Shown: one piece after another, positions 1-11,058 of the stretch
How positions within the stretch are numbered: the first letter of the stretch is position 1
Layout: each line of letters begins with the position of its first letter
IMG/VR virus record: IMGVR_UViG_3300037808_001064
Direction: 5' to 3' (one strand)
DNA length: 64,000 nucleotides
Source: an uncultured virus (IMG/VR IMGVR_UViG_3300037808_001064)
Taxonomy: Duplodnaviria > Heunggongvirae > Uroviricota > Caudoviricetes
The notes under the pieces: generated by a model
Told to the model about the DNA's origin: nothing
The model's input: only the letters and a program-made list of their open reading frames with translations
The model's database searches: none
Translations under genes and position numbers: made by a program

Positions 1-172
1 CTGCGAGCATCGCGGACAGACTTTCCTTTCCGCCAACTTTATCAAGTCGAGGCGTGATCACTGACTGGGCGTGTGCAGCGGTTTCAATCGCAGCGAAGTC
101 ACCGGCATCGGCAGTAGCCTCCATCCCCATTGAGATGATCAGGTTTGCTCGTCTTTGTTGTTCTGGTTTCAT
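1..172 (-). CDS. Hypothetical protein, runs off the window start (MKPEQQRRANLIISMG...)
   Basis: ATG at 172 overlaps the stop of the upstream ORF; frame is open to position 1. Confidence 0.55.
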   Translation of the reverse strand, partial: MKPEQQRRANLIISMGMEATADAGDFAAIETAAHAQSVITPRLDKVGGKESLSAMLA

Positions 173-363
173 TAGAATGCCTCTGACGGTAATTGATTAT
201 TGAGAGCAGTGACTTCCGATGATGTAGCCAATCCGCTCTGTATTTGGGAGATAGGATGAACATGGAGTGAGACTATGACGAACTCATCATTATCAGCTGG
301 GGCAGCGGTCATGGCCTGCATCGTGGCGGACAGGTTTCGGTATTGATCGGTTGTGATTGTCAT
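172..363 (-). CDS. Hypothetical protein, 63 aa
   Basis: AAGGA SD before ATG; co-directional with the virion operon. Confidence 0.55.
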   Translation of the reverse strand: MTITTDQYRNLSATMQAMTAAPADNDEFVIVSLHVHPISQIQSGLATSSEVTALNNQLPSEAF

Positions 364-426
364 TTGTCAGATCCTTTACTTGACTTGTTCTTTTCTCGCC
401 TTGTCCAAAATCGCTCGCACGTCCGG

Positions 427-3400
427 TTATTTATTGCGTTCTTTTTGAGCCTTATCCATGATGGCTCTCAATTTGACAGACGCCCGCAATCGGAATGCTG
501 TGGCTTTATCACCAGATTCTTCGATGGCTTCGATCTCACCTTTTTTCATCGCGTACTTTGTGAATGGGCGAACGCCCATCTCTTTGAAGATGGCATCAAC
601 CTCCGACTGCATCATGGAGTGCCGCTGCTGGGGCGAGATTGTAGTGTATTTGGGGCCTAAGAGTAGATTGACGCCCTTTTGCCACCATGTCTTGCGGTTG
701 TCGAGCAAGGTCCGGGTGGTGCTCAGAAGCCGGGCGGCCGGGCTGTTTGACAGGAGATGCTCGGTTCGAAGTCCGATGAATGGAGCCGGCCGACGATCGT
801 CAGGGTCGGCCATGCCAGTGATTTCTTTGGCACGCTTCAGTATTCGGCCGACAGCTGGGTCCAACTCTGACAGCTCACGTCCACCTGTGGGCCCTCGCAT
901 GAACAGAGATCGCCCTGTGGCCAGCTCCACCGGAGCCTTCAACAACGGGTTCATGTTGCCGAAGATGTCAGCCAGGTCAGGCTTCAGCATGGCCACAGCG
1001 TCTTCGTGCATCAACCCGAGGCTGGAGATGTAGGTTTGATTCCCTTTGTCATCCATCCCGCCGGGGATCGCCGCCTGGTCCCGCATGTGAAACGGAACGT
1101 ACTTGTTGTCCTGAGCGTGGCGTTGAGCGCGAATGGTCATGCCGAGACCGCCGGCCGGATGGCGAATAAGCTCCCTCATCACGTACGGGATCTGGCTCGA
1201 CAGGAATGAGTAGAACGGGAACACCCGCTTCATTACGTCCTTCTCGAATTTACTGAACCTGCGTGGGTCGTAGTCGACCAGCGTGTCCTTCGCGCGACTG
1301 ACGGAGTTCCCGAACGTCTCCCCACGTCGCATCTGATCGATCGTCGCCCATGACCTGGTGACTGCATCTGTGTACCCACCAGCCTCTTCTGCGATTCTCG
1401 CTGGGAGAAACTCCGTTGATGATCGGACTTGGTTCTTTAGTTTTGGATTGACAGTCAGGTAGTGAGGAACGCCGTAGTTGTTGATGGGATTGGCTGCGGC
1501 CTTGACCCCACTTTTTTTCACGGACTCAACTGCTGTTTCGCGGAGGTGACCAAAGATCCCTTTGCCTTTGAAGTCAGGAATGCTCTCCCGAAGACTGTCC
1601 AGCGTGCCGGCCTTTTCTGCGTCGAGCAATGGGTTTGCCATGTCCATCGACGTGTGATGGTACGCACCGCCCTGGCTGTAATAAAATTCTCCCCTCCACC
1701 AGTCGAAAGCAGCTTCAGCTTCCGTGTAGGACTCATCCTTCAGTGACATGCTGTGACGTTCGGAGCCAACAAAGTACCTGCCAGCCTTATCTCCACCTTC
1801 CTTGTATTTGTACGACCCACTCTTCTTCAGCATGTCCACAAAGCCATCGACGAAGTTGCCCGATGCAACAGCGTTTGCCATCTTAAAACTGGTCATGGCG
1901 TGAGCTGGCCGGCCAGCATCAACCATGCCAGACTCGATGGCACGATAGGACGCGGACGTGAAGTCTCGTGAGATTCGTCCAGGCCAGGCGAGCACGCCCA
2001 CCTTGAACAGCCGCGTCATGGCGTCCACAAACTGAAGTGCATTGCTGGCACCTCCGTCTAGGTCAAAGAGTGTTTTCTTCGCGAGGTCCATCCCCCCAGC
2101 GAAGTCCACCCAGTCCGCATTGTTGATTTTTATTTTCTTAATGCGTTGCACTTCCGCCTTCAGGAGTGCCGGCACTTCTTTGCCGCTGCCTTTGAGTTTC
2201 TCCGGGTGCAGCTGCTTAGCGATGTTCTCCAAAAACTTGTTTTCATTAAGAACCGTTTTTTGGTTATCGATCAGTGTCTCAATGCTGTTCATGTCGAGCG
2301 CAGCACGCGGGTCTTTCAACTGATCATAAGTTCTGTTTTCCTTAATGAAGTGCATGACGAACTTCTCGAACACATCGAGCTTCGCCTCAGCCATGTTCAT
2401 GTTGTTTCGACTATCGATGTAGTCGAGGTATGGGTCGTTCGAAAATACTCCGTGCTTGCTGTAGGAGGAAAACGGGCTGTCCGCTTTCAGAAGTTCCGGG
2501 ACGATGTACTTGTCGATGCGAGACTCTGTCTCTTCGTACACCCCATGCCATCCCGGAGTTTTAGCTTGCTTGATGTCGTCGGTGAGTTTGCCTTCTTCCT
2601 TCATCTTCTCGAAGAACGCATTGTCTTTCTTGAGTTCTGCTCCCTGTATCTCAGCATCTTCCCGGAAGTCTCTTCCGAGTCTCGCGCCAAACTCGTCGTA
2701 CTTCGGCATCTTGTCAACGATCGTGTCGTTGTAGAAATCCCGAATGTACTGAGCGACCTGTTCGTGCTGAAGTTTCTTGAGTGAGTCGAGGTCGACTTCG
2801 TAACCTTTTTCCACTTTGCTTCTCAGGGTGTTAGCCTTGCTTCTCAGAGACACCTCGACGGTACTACGGAGCTGGGGCCTGACGATCTCCACCACTTCGC
2901 CATGCGCGTTTCTCAGTGCAGCGATCCCGACTCCGGCCTCTTCTGCCTCGTCGATTGCCTTCATGGCCTGTTCGCGGCCATTCTTCACACGATCAAAAAG
3001 TGTGGTTCTGTTGTACCCCTTCACTATTTTCCTGGCATCTTCCGGAGACACCACTGAGTAGCCTTTTGGCAACGCTTCAATGTAATCTTCATCGGCGTTT
3101 TTGGGCCTAACCAATTGCTCCGACATGAACCCTGTCTTCGTGGGGTCAGGATCTGGCTTCAGGAGATTGTCGAACAGATGCTTGGATTGCTGGTGTCCAC
3201 CAGTGGCCCACTTATAGGCAGGTTCTCCGTCTGTTTTCTGAACTGCCCTGTAGCCTGACCCTTTGATTTTGTCGGCCAGCTTTTCGAGCTTGCCGGCAAG
3301 CTCACCCATCGGAACGGTTCGGTTCTCAGCGTCAACCAAGTCATCAAAAATCTTCGCGAGGCTCTCTCCCCCAGGGTTATCAACAGCTTCCAGTGTCTCT

Positions 3401-6400
3401 CTCAGACCCTTGAGCAGGTCATCACTTGCACGCATACGGCCCTTGTACCCATGAGCCAGCATCTCCCTGTTGACACGATTGATAGCCTCGGCCAGCTGGG
3501 GGTCTCGATAGAACTCGTTGACTCCGGCCGTGCCTCTCCTGTTGCCCAGGAGATGTGGCTGCCGATGGTCCTTGCTCCCAAGTCCAGACTGCAAGACCTG
3601 TGGCTCTCCACCGGTCAGCGACTTATCGCCTTCACCTCTGACAGCTTCGAATTCCTGGCCTACTACCTCAGACTGCCGACGACCCACATGGTGCTCTAGT
3701 TGAGCAGCTTTGTCTTTCCAATTGCCGATCTTCAGGCCGCGATCGATCAGCCCTTCAACGATGACCTCCTTGCTTCTCAGCTTTTCGGCCATCGCCTTCA
3801 GCTCAGGAGTGTTCAGGAGGTGGTAATCGAAGTCCTTGACGCCTTCAGCTGCAGCTCGAATCTCCTGATTGAGCATGAACTGGTCCTTGACCTTGCCGCC
3901 TACCAGGCCAGCATCGTCGAGCATGCGATCGAAGACTTCCTTCAGTGGTTCGCTGACTTCCTTCTCAAGCGGAGTGCCCACAATGTTGTCGTAGATTTCC
4001 TTTATCCAGTTCTTCAGCCTGTCGAAGACGTTTCGCAGTGCGGAGTTGCTGGCCTTGCCGTCACGCAGGTATCGCTCGAACCCGGCAGCGAAACCTTCCT
4101 CAGCTTCGACAGACCACTTGCCGCCGGATTCGACTCCGAACTCCTGCTCAGCTTTGCGCATGAGATCAGCCGGCAGCTTACGACGGAAGACGTGAGCTGA
4201 CTCGTGCATGAAGGTGGAGATGTCGGCAGACTTGAATGCGTGGATGATGGTCTCGGAGTTCTTGAACTCGACTGCACCGCGGCCTTTCTGACGGAGGATA
4301 TCTTTGATGGCGATGTCGGCACCGTCGAAGATGACGTAGTTGTAGTCGCGGGTGGGGGCCTTGAAAGCTCCTGACTCTATCGCCTCGATGGCCTTTTCGT
4401 ATCGCTCGACCATCGCTGGGCGAGGAGCATTCCCGGGCTCGCTTTCCAGAAAACTCATCAGAGGGTCGATGCCAGAATCTTCGCCGGCATCAAATCCCTT
4501 GTTTGTTTGCAGCCCCGTGTCTAATTCCTCATCCAGCTCCTTGCGAACCTCCCTTAACACATCGTCCAGGTTCGGCATTTCGTTGCCTTTAATGGCACGG
4601 TTATACCCAGACTGAACCCGCTGAATTACCCCACTGGACAGTTCACTCTCGTACTTCGAAAACGCCGCATCATCCACATATTGCATCTCATACGTGTGAG
4701 GGTTTCTCCCAAAGCCATCAGCGTATTTGATTCCGCGGATACCCTTGCCCAACAGCTCAAGGGAGGCGGCTTTCTTAGGGTCTCCTTCTTTCCCCATCTT
4801 ACGGCCGGGTTTAGATGAATGCTGAGATCGCATCTTTTCATACAGTTCGCTGCCTAGTTGTTCATCCACCTCCTTTGCGGTAAACCTAAGCGGCTTATCG
4901 CTTAATATCTTCCCTCCGACCTGGACCCCTTTACCACTCAGCTCCTCTCTAAGGCTGAAGTATTTTTCATCGAGCCGGGCCCAGCTGTCGCCGTCACCAT
5001 GAAGCTGCTTCCAGCGTTCGTAACCACCAGCGATTTCTTTACGAACATATTTAATTTCATCTTTAAGTCGCTCAATGTCCACCAAGTCCGACGCTGCCGG
5101 GGGCTTGTAACCGAACGCCTCCTTAACCACCTGTGGTTGCTTCGATAAAGGCAGATCCCAATGTAAATAATCATCATCAGTTGGGGCAAGATCCACGTTG
5201 TAGATGGGAGCTTTGCTTAGACTCACGTCTGAGTCTTTGAGTTTCCCGAGCCAATCCAACTCGCCCCTAAGCACGTCAATGCGATCTCTGGTGTCAGCCA
5301 GGTAGCCCGGTTCTGGCCCCGTTGTCCGCGGGTTTTCAGCTTTGAGGGCCGCGTATCTAGATTCATCCCTTGCCAAGCCGTGGGTGGCTTTGGCAAGCCA
5401 GCTCTTTTTTAATTCAATTTGCTGATCGACAGCACGCCTGATTGTGAAGTCATTAGTGGAGATGTCGTTAATGATGTCGTCGTACAGGTTCTTGTATTTC
5501 GCATCAGTTTCTTTGATGGACAAGCCGTTAATTTTGTATCTTCTTCTTGCAAATTGTCGCTGATACGATTCCGCCACTTTCATCGAGTCAGCAAAGTACA
5601 AGCCCCAGCCATAGACCTGTGCTCCTTCACCACCTCCAATGTTGTCCAGCGTGAACTCATCGAAATCATGCGGTGATGCGTGATGTGCCGGATGCCCCAA
5701 CAGCCCCTCTGGCAGGTCTTCAGGCAGGCTCGTCTTGACCGACATCCCTTTGAAGAACTCGTCGGCCGCCTTGTTGTTGTCCCTCGCCCACACCTTCGCG
5801 AACGCCTCCATGACAGGCATCGACTTACCAGCTTTGTCACCAAAGGAATCAACAGCTTCCTTGGAAAACCGGGCCATCTCACCATCTTCAGGGAACTCAA
5901 ACTGAGGCCCTTTCCTGAACTCACTCAGCTGCTTGATCACATTCGAATCGTGATCAAGGAGCGACTCCATCAGACCTTCCTCAATGTCTGAGAATGCCTC
6001 AGACGCCTCATCCCCGAGCCTGCCTCTCACATGATCGTGAGCCATCTGGAGAGCCTCGGACTTGTTGGCAGCACTCAGGCCATGCACGTTCCCATCCCAG
6101 TCCGTCCCTGGCTTAGCGGGGTCGGGAATCAGGTTTTGTTCTTTATCGTACAGCCTCCATTGTGCTTTAGATTTGCCTGCAACTTTCCCTGCCGGCCTGC
6201 CAATGTGGATCCCCATCTCCGTGTGGGTAAGAACTTCCTCAACGCCCTTAAAGTCTCCCAGCTCTTCCCAGCCAAGAGCACTCGCCACTCCTCTTCGATT
6301 GCCTGGTTTCGTGAGGAAGTCCTCAAACTCTGCACTGGGATCACGGACAGTTCCGCGTACCCCTTCTACGTGACCTGCCTTGATGTCCTCGAACCAGTTC

Positions 6401-7509
6401 TTGAGTGGAGTGAACGAAGCTGCCCCTGAATCTCTAAGGATCTCCTCGAACTGACCAGCGAACTCACCGATCTTTTCTGGCGAATAGTTCAGTCCAAGGA
6501 GTTTTTCTTTGATCGGTTCAAACAGAGTTGGCCCATTGGCCAGGGCTTCGGTGTACACGTTCTCAACTTGCTCGGTGCCAGCGGCCATCTTTTCGAAGAT
6601 GTCGTCGCCGTGCGCGAGCCCGAGCGAGTGATAAAGCTCTCTCTGCATGTTGTCAGCGTCGGCCAATGCGGCGTTCATCCCCATGTTTGTTTTGCCGAAC
6701 AATGTCCGCATCAGAGGCTGGTTCATTGCCTTTGATGTGCCGAGAACCGCAGCCTCAAACAAAGACTTCCTGACGAGGTTCATGCCGGTCAATGCGTCCC
6801 CGGCGACCTGACGTGCCAGTCCGAACGGCTCACCGATACCTTTGGTTTTCTCAAGAGCATCGGCAACGCCTGACATGGTCTTCGCCGTCCGCTGCATTCC
6901 TTTGCGGATGAGTCCTTCACCATCCTTCACTCGGGCACCAGTGCTCGACAGCTGCGATCGGAGGCCCCAGTATTCGCCCAGTTCGCTGAAATGGAATGGG
7001 TCAGTAATGTTGTTGATCAATCCTCGGCCGGCGGGAGCAGCCGCTTTGGCTCCACGAGTCGCATCGGCAGCCGCACCGATCGCCTTGAATGGACGTGACA
7101 GCATGTTCATCGGATCCAGAGCCACTTCAGCCATGAACCCGCCAACGTCTCTGACGCCTTCCATGGGATCGTCGATCCATCCGCCCATGCCCGTTTCTTT
7201 GTTGGCGTTCGTGAGACCCCACTGGGTGAGCATGTCACGGCCGGAGACGCGATCCTCCGCGGAGAATGGGCTGAGCAACTGATCGAACGGGTTGTTGCCG
7301 GTGAGCGTGTCCCTGAGCATCGAGCCGGGGATGTCGAGGAAGTTACCGACCGCTCCGACAGCACCAAGGACGGGCCCTGTGATGTCTGTCAGGAGAGAGC
7401 GTGGCTCTTCATCGTAGGCATATTCGCCCTGTGGATCGTTCCGGCTGAGGAGGGCAGTGGAACGAGCTGCTGGGGGGGAGAGGAGGGCTTGAATACGTGC
7501 GTTGGCCAT
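427..7509 (-). CDS. Large polyvalent / internal virion (ejection) protein, 2360 aa, with ADP-ribosyltransferase-like and zincin metallopeptidase-like segments
   Basis: HASPHDFDEFTLDNIGGGEGAQVYGWGLYFA ... NYVIFD resembles the polyvalent ART domain; ADISTFMHESAH is HExxH with a downstream EEGFA; sits at the end of the structural operon. Confidence 0.75.
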   Translation of the reverse strand: MANARIQALLSPPAARSTALLSRNDPQGEYAYDEEPRSLLTDITGPVLGAVGAVGNFLDIPGSMLRDTLTGNNPFDQLLSPFSAEDRVSGRDMLTQWGLTNANKETGMGGWIDDPMEGVRDVGGFMAEVALDPMNMLSRPFKAIGAAADATRGAKAAAPAGRGLINNITDPFHFSELGEYWGLRSQLSSTGARVKDGEGLIRKGMQRTAKTMSGVADALEKTKGIGEPFGLARQVAGDALTGMNLVRKSLFEAAVLGTSKAMNQPLMRTLFGKTNMGMNAALADADNMQRELYHSLGLAHGDDIFEKMAAGTEQVENVYTEALANGPTLFEPIKEKLLGLNYSPEKIGEFAGQFEEILRDSGAASFTPLKNWFEDIKAGHVEGVRGTVRDPSAEFEDFLTKPGNRRGVASALGWEELGDFKGVEEVLTHTEMGIHIGRPAGKVAGKSKAQWRLYDKEQNLIPDPAKPGTDWDGNVHGLSAANKSEALQMAHDHVRGRLGDEASEAFSDIEEGLMESLLDHDSNVIKQLSEFRKGPQFEFPEDGEMARFSKEAVDSFGDKAGKSMPVMEAFAKVWARDNNKAADEFFKGMSVKTSLPEDLPEGLLGHPAHHASPHDFDEFTLDNIGGGEGAQVYGWGLYFADSMKVAESYQRQFARRRYKINGLSIKETDAKYKNLYDDIINDISTNDFTIRRAVDQQIELKKSWLAKATHGLARDESRYAALKAENPRTTGPEPGYLADTRDRIDVLRGELDWLGKLKDSDVSLSKAPIYNVDLAPTDDDYLHWDLPLSKQPQVVKEAFGYKPPAASDLVDIERLKDEIKYVRKEIAGGYERWKQLHGDGDSWARLDEKYFSLREELSGKGVQVGGKILSDKPLRFTAKEVDEQLGSELYEKMRSQHSSKPGRKMGKEGDPKKAASLELLGKGIRGIKYADGFGRNPHTYEMQYVDDAAFSKYESELSSGVIQRVQSGYNRAIKGNEMPNLDDVLREVRKELDEELDTGLQTNKGFDAGEDSGIDPLMSFLESEPGNAPRPAMVERYEKAIEAIESGAFKAPTRDYNYVIFDGADIAIKDILRQKGRGAVEFKNSETIIHAFKSADISTFMHESAHVFRRKLPADLMRKAEQEFGVESGGKWSVEAEEGFAAGFERYLRDGKASNSALRNVFDRLKNWIKEIYDNIVGTPLEKEVSEPLKEVFDRMLDDAGLVGGKVKDQFMLNQEIRAAAEGVKDFDYHLLNTPELKAMAEKLRSKEVIVEGLIDRGLKIGNWKDKAAQLEHHVGRRQSEVVGQEFEAVRGEGDKSLTGGEPQVLQSGLGSKDHRQPHLLGNRRGTAGVNEFYRDPQLAEAINRVNREMLAHGYKGRMRASDDLLKGLRETLEAVDNPGGESLAKIFDDLVDAENRTVPMGELAGKLEKLADKIKGSGYRAVQKTDGEPAYKWATGGHQQSKHLFDNLLKPDPDPTKTGFMSEQLVRPKNADEDYIEALPKGYSVVSPEDARKIVKGYNRTTLFDRVKNGREQAMKAIDEAEEAGVGIAALRNAHGEVVEIVRPQLRSTVEVSLRSKANTLRSKVEKGYEVDLDSLKKLQHEQVAQYIRDFYNDTIVDKMPKYDEFGARLGRDFREDAEIQGAELKKDNAFFEKMKEEGKLTDDIKQAKTPGWHGVYEETESRIDKYIVPELLKADSPFSSYSKHGVFSNDPYLDYIDSRNNMNMAEAKLDVFEKFVMHFIKENRTYDQLKDPRAALDMNSIETLIDNQKTVLNENKFLENIAKQLHPEKLKGSGKEVPALLKAEVQRIKKIKINNADWVDFAGGMDLAKKTLFDLDGGASNALQFVDAMTRLFKVGVLAWPGRISRDFTSASYRAIESGMVDAGRPAHAMTSFKMANAVASGNFVDGFVDMLKKSGSYKYKEGGDKAGRYFVGSERHSMSLKDESYTEAEAAFDWWRGEFYYSQGGAYHHTSMDMANPLLDAEKAGTLDSLRESIPDFKGKGIFGHLRETAVESVKKSGVKAAANPINNYGVPHYLTVNPKLKNQVRSSTEFLPARIAEEAGGYTDAVTRSWATIDQMRRGETFGNSVSRAKDTLVDYDPRRFSKFEKDVMKRVFPFYSFLSSQIPYVMRELIRHPAGGLGMTIRAQRHAQDNKYVPFHMRDQAAIPGGMDDKGNQTYISSLGLMHEDAVAMLKPDLADIFGNMNPLLKAPVELATGRSLFMRGPTGGRELSELDPAVGRILKRAKEITGMADPDDRRPAPFIGLRTEHLLSNSPAARLLSTTRTLLDNRKTWWQKGVNLLLGPKYTTISPQQRHSMMQSEVDAIFKEMGVRPFTKYAMKKGEIEAIEESGDKATAFRLRASVKLRAIMDKAQKERNK

Positions 7510-7518
7510 TGCAATCTA

Positions 7519-9870
7519 CTAGCCTTCAACAATTTGCCGCGTTTCTCTGCGAATAGTTTTGTATTCATCCCACCAGGCCGACAGCTCCTTATCGCCATGA
7601 GCGTTCTGGAGGTTTTTGAGATGGTCATACATTCTCTTGTCACCATGGCTGTCCGGAAGGAAACTGTCGTCGTGCTCCCAGTATTTTTTATCTGCATGTG
7701 CGGATTTGCCTATTTGGCCTTGGATCTTTTTTAGTTCCTCCGGAGACACTTCGTTTTCTTCATCAGCCAATTTGCTGAATTGGTCACGGTAAGTCCACCA
7801 GTCTGACCCAAACGGCACGCCAAACGATTGAAGCTCTGGGCTGCCATCGTACTCAGCTTGCCCCTCTGCGGCAGCCTCGTTCATTGAAGTTGATGTTCTT
7901 TGCTCAGGGGGAGAGTAAGACTGCTCTTCCTGTCGGCTTCCCTTCCTCCCACCACTCGCCTCTGACAGCAGCCGATTCACCAGCGGCTTATCCTGCAGTC
8001 CGTTCCTCAGCGCGTACGCCTGAAGAGCTTTCGGATTGCCGGCACGTCGGCTGATGTCACGCATCTGTCGTTCAGACAAACCACCACGGGCAGCACGACG
8101 GCTGTCGATGCGTTCCCTGTTGCGGGCAGCGGCATCACGATACTCAGGGGCAGTTCTTGCTGAGATCATCTGGCCTTTGTGTTCGATCTGGCCTGTGATG
8201 TCCGCGTCATCGGAGAAATACCCATTCGACTTGTCAGTTCGGCTCTGGCTTGAAATTCCACCGTCAAAACGGTTTGTGTTACCACGACTCGTCAATGCTG
8301 TCCTGCCGTAGTCAAGGCTGTTCTCCTCCTGATTCACCATGGTACGACCTTCGCCCACACCTCTCTCACCGTAAGCCTTAGCGAGTGCCTGACGGTCTGC
8401 CAGCGTTGCATCGGCAGGCTCTCGACCACCCAGCTGATCTTTCTCTGCCATGCGACCGTACATTGCCATGCGTTCGGGAGATCCCATGCTGGCGTTTCCG
8501 GACATGGCGAACGCTTCATTGGCGTCACGCCGCTTACCTGATGCAATATCTTCTCTGTCGCCACCTTCCTGGCCAACCTGATATCCCAGAGACCCTCCCA
8601 TCGCCACGTCCATCTCCTGGCCGTGCTGACGTTCCATCTCCTTGTCCCGTCTCTGGAAATCCGCAGATTCCTGAGTGGCGATGTCGTTAAACTCAGCCCG
8701 ATTGTTCGCAGCATCCTGCTCCCAATACGCCTTCCGACGAGCTTCATCGTTCGCCTTCATGGACTGCCGACGAGTGTCCTGATCTGCCAAGCCTACTGTG
8801 TTTGGCGACTGCAGAGTTGTCTTTCCCTCCCTCCAGTTCTTCACTTGGGCACCTTTGTACTGTTCGAGCAGTTCTCCGGAATCGGAGGTGTAGTCTTGCT
8901 GGCCCCATGCCTGTCGGCGGTTTGCGAGGGCCTGAGCCTGAGCTTCGGCAGGTTGTATGGGTTGTTCGCCAATCCGCCCTCGCTGCTCGGCAGCCATGCT
9001 TGCCATACGCCTACGGTTACCCGGACTAACTGGAGCAGCACTTTCCGGACCAGCAGAACTCGCCCCATACCGGCCCAGACTTGGCATCATATTCCGGATC
9101 GCATTAATCTGTTCGCCACGCCCCTGTTCGCCACGACCACTGGCCCTCGCCTGTTCAGCATGAGCCACCTGGGCTCCTCTGTCAGCGATGTCGTTCATTG
9201 TCACACCGCCGCTGGGGATTCCACGCTGCCCCATGGCTCCTGCCTGAACAGCCATGGCCTGTCGCTGGATCGCCTCCTGGAGACTCGCTGGTCGGCTTAG
9301 TGGGCCACTCTGGCTCTGTGTCAACGCGCTCTCGTCACCGCCACCCGTAAATGGAGGTGGTGAGTATGGAGCTTGACCAGCAGCCTGAATCCCCTGTTCC
9401 TGCTGAAGCATTCTGCCGTATCCACCGCCAGCGTGTGGGTTCGCTATCCGTGATGGAACAGCTGGAGCCGATACGCCACCCTCGGATAGACCGCCTTGTG
9501 GCACAAGTCCTGCGGCCGACTGGGGCGACTGACCCTGTGCTTGCTGTGACATCCGCTGCTCATACTCAAGGTCACCTTCTTCTTCCTCGCCAAACATGGC
9601 ATTGCCAACAGCAGCTCCCGCACGGCCGACACCAGCAGCGTCCCCCACTTGCCTGATCCCTTCTCCCAGGCCAGAACCAGCCCGGCCTATTCCGCGGGCA
9701 GCGCCACGAGCAATCTGGCCAGCCCCTTGAATGGCTCGCTCTCCGACTCCCTGCATAACATTCGTAGGACTCAAAGAGAACTTGCTCTTCGACATCAACG
9801 GCTTAGAAGCCCGGCTGCCCCCCAGGAGAGTGTTGCCAGGGACGGTATTCTGCACGTTTTTCTTAGCCAT
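7519..9870 (-). CDS. Gly/Ala/Gln/Arg-rich putative internal virion protein, 783 aa
   Basis: Long low-complexity ORF directly upstream of the polyvalent protein; AAGGA SD. Confidence 0.6.
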   Translation of the reverse strand: MAKKNVQNTVPGNTLLGGSRASKPLMSKSKFSLSPTNVMQGVGERAIQGAGQIARGAARGIGRAGSGLGEGIRQVGDAAGVGRAGAAVGNAMFGEEEEGDLEYEQRMSQQAQGQSPQSAAGLVPQGGLSEGGVSAPAVPSRIANPHAGGGYGRMLQQEQGIQAAGQAPYSPPPFTGGGDESALTQSQSGPLSRPASLQEAIQRQAMAVQAGAMGQRGIPSGGVTMNDIADRGAQVAHAEQARASGRGEQGRGEQINAIRNMMPSLGRYGASSAGPESAAPVSPGNRRRMASMAAEQRGRIGEQPIQPAEAQAQALANRRQAWGQQDYTSDSGELLEQYKGAQVKNWREGKTTLQSPNTVGLADQDTRRQSMKANDEARRKAYWEQDAANNRAEFNDIATQESADFQRRDKEMERQHGQEMDVAMGGSLGYQVGQEGGDREDIASGKRRDANEAFAMSGNASMGSPERMAMYGRMAEKDQLGGREPADATLADRQALAKAYGERGVGEGRTMVNQEENSLDYGRTALTSRGNTNRFDGGISSQSRTDKSNGYFSDDADITGQIEHKGQMISARTAPEYRDAAARNRERIDSRRAARGGLSERQMRDISRRAGNPKALQAYALRNGLQDKPLVNRLLSEASGGRKGSRQEEQSYSPPEQRTSTSMNEAAAEGQAEYDGSPELQSFGVPFGSDWWTYRDQFSKLADEENEVSPEELKKIQGQIGKSAHADKKYWEHDDSFLPDSHGDKRMYDHLKNLQNAHGDKELSAWWDEYKTIRRETRQIVEG

Positions 9871-9988
9871 GATGGGGTTCCTTTGCCTCGGATTGTCGCA
9901 AAATCCCCTCCCAGATCAAGAGGACAATAAAACTGCCCGCATCTTCCGCTACGGGCCTCACCGGTCAACGCCGGGCGTAACTATGATT

Positions 9989-10528
9989 TCAGTGTGCCTG
10001 TGTCTCAAATTGCGCTGTGATGTCCTGTTTTTTTCCGTGATCAACCTCCCACACAAACAAACTCAAAGTGCGGCGGGCGCTCTCCACAGGCAACACCTCG
10101 TGGGAGATCTGGGAATCAAAGGAAGCCGCCATGCCTGCCTGCGGAACCAGAATCTCACCGTCCACCACCAACTCGCCACCGTCGCAGTCGTCCAGGAAAT
10201 ACACAAGGGACGCCACTCGCCGCCACGGCCGCTGTGCGTGGTGTGTTGCGTCAATATGCAGCCCCAGCGATGAACCGGGCGGCATCAAGTGCATTCCGGC
10301 CCCGTAGAAGTCGAAATCGTAGAAGGCCGTTCCTGCCGGCGGGCACTCATGGGCCAGATCACGCAGAGCCACCTTGCAGGCCTCCGGTATACGTGACGGA
10401 TCCACGCTGGCAAGTTTTCCATTTCCGTATCGGTGCCACCATTCCCAGTTGACGGGCGGGAACGCGGCCAGCGCCGCCCGGCGGATATGTTCGGGCAGGA
10501 CGTTTGAAAATATGTGTATGTTCATCAT
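9989..10528 (-). CDS. 2OG-Fe(II) oxygenase (prolyl-hydroxylase-like)
   Basis: HxD (HID), distal His (HEV), RRTLS 2OG-binding Arg, GGEL turn. Confidence 0.85.
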   Translation of the reverse strand: MMNIHIFSNVLPEHIRRAALAAFPPVNWEWWHRYGNGKLASVDPSRIPEACKVALRDLAHECPPAGTAFYDFDFYGAGMHLMPPGSSLGLHIDATHHAQRPWRRVASLVYFLDDCDGGELVVDGEILVPQAGMAASFDSQISHEVLPVESARRTLSLFVWEVDHGKKQDITAQFETQAH

Positions 10529-11058
10529 GGTCTTGTTCCTGCTGCATACGTGTCAACAGTTGGCTTAGTGTTGTTTTCCACGACCGACGATTCGGGTACG
10601 CCGCTCGGTCCACTGACTGCCACGCCCGTGAACCCGACCGACTGCATTACGTCCCGCATTTCTTCCTGGCTGATGTTCGCATAGTGCTCGCCGTTCAGCA
10701 GTCGGCATTCTCCGTCGATGGCGGAATGCGGAATACGATCAGGCCCGGCACATGTCACGATCATGCGGCCGCCTGGCTTCAACCATCCGAATGCCGCTTC
10801 GACCATCTTGACCCACCGGGCAGCGTGCTCAAAGACCTCGCAGCACACCACCAGATCAACCAGCTGTTCAGGTTCGTAGTGTTCAGCGTCAATAACGACA
10901 TCGACCATTTCACCGGCAATAATGTCCAGCCCCGTCCACAACGCATTAGGGAACCAGACACGAGACGTGCCGTTGATGTTGCGGCTTCCGATTTCAATAA
11001 CCGTCAGCGGTTTCACTGTCGCGAATCCAGCGATGTACTCAGCGGCTTCATCGTGCAC
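10525..11058 (-). CDS. Class I SAM-dependent methyltransferase
   Basis: VIEIGS..ING, GLD, EVFEH, LKPGG motifs. Confidence 0.85.
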   Translation of the reverse strand: MHDEAAEYIAGFATVKPLTVIEIGSRNINGTSRVWFPNALWTGLDIIAGEMVDVVIDAEHYEPEQLVDLVVCCEVFEHAARWVKMVEAAFGWLKPGGRMIVTCAGPDRIPHSAIDGECRLLNGEHYANISQEEMRDVMQSVGFTGVAVSGPSGVPESSVVENNTKPTVDTYAAGTRP

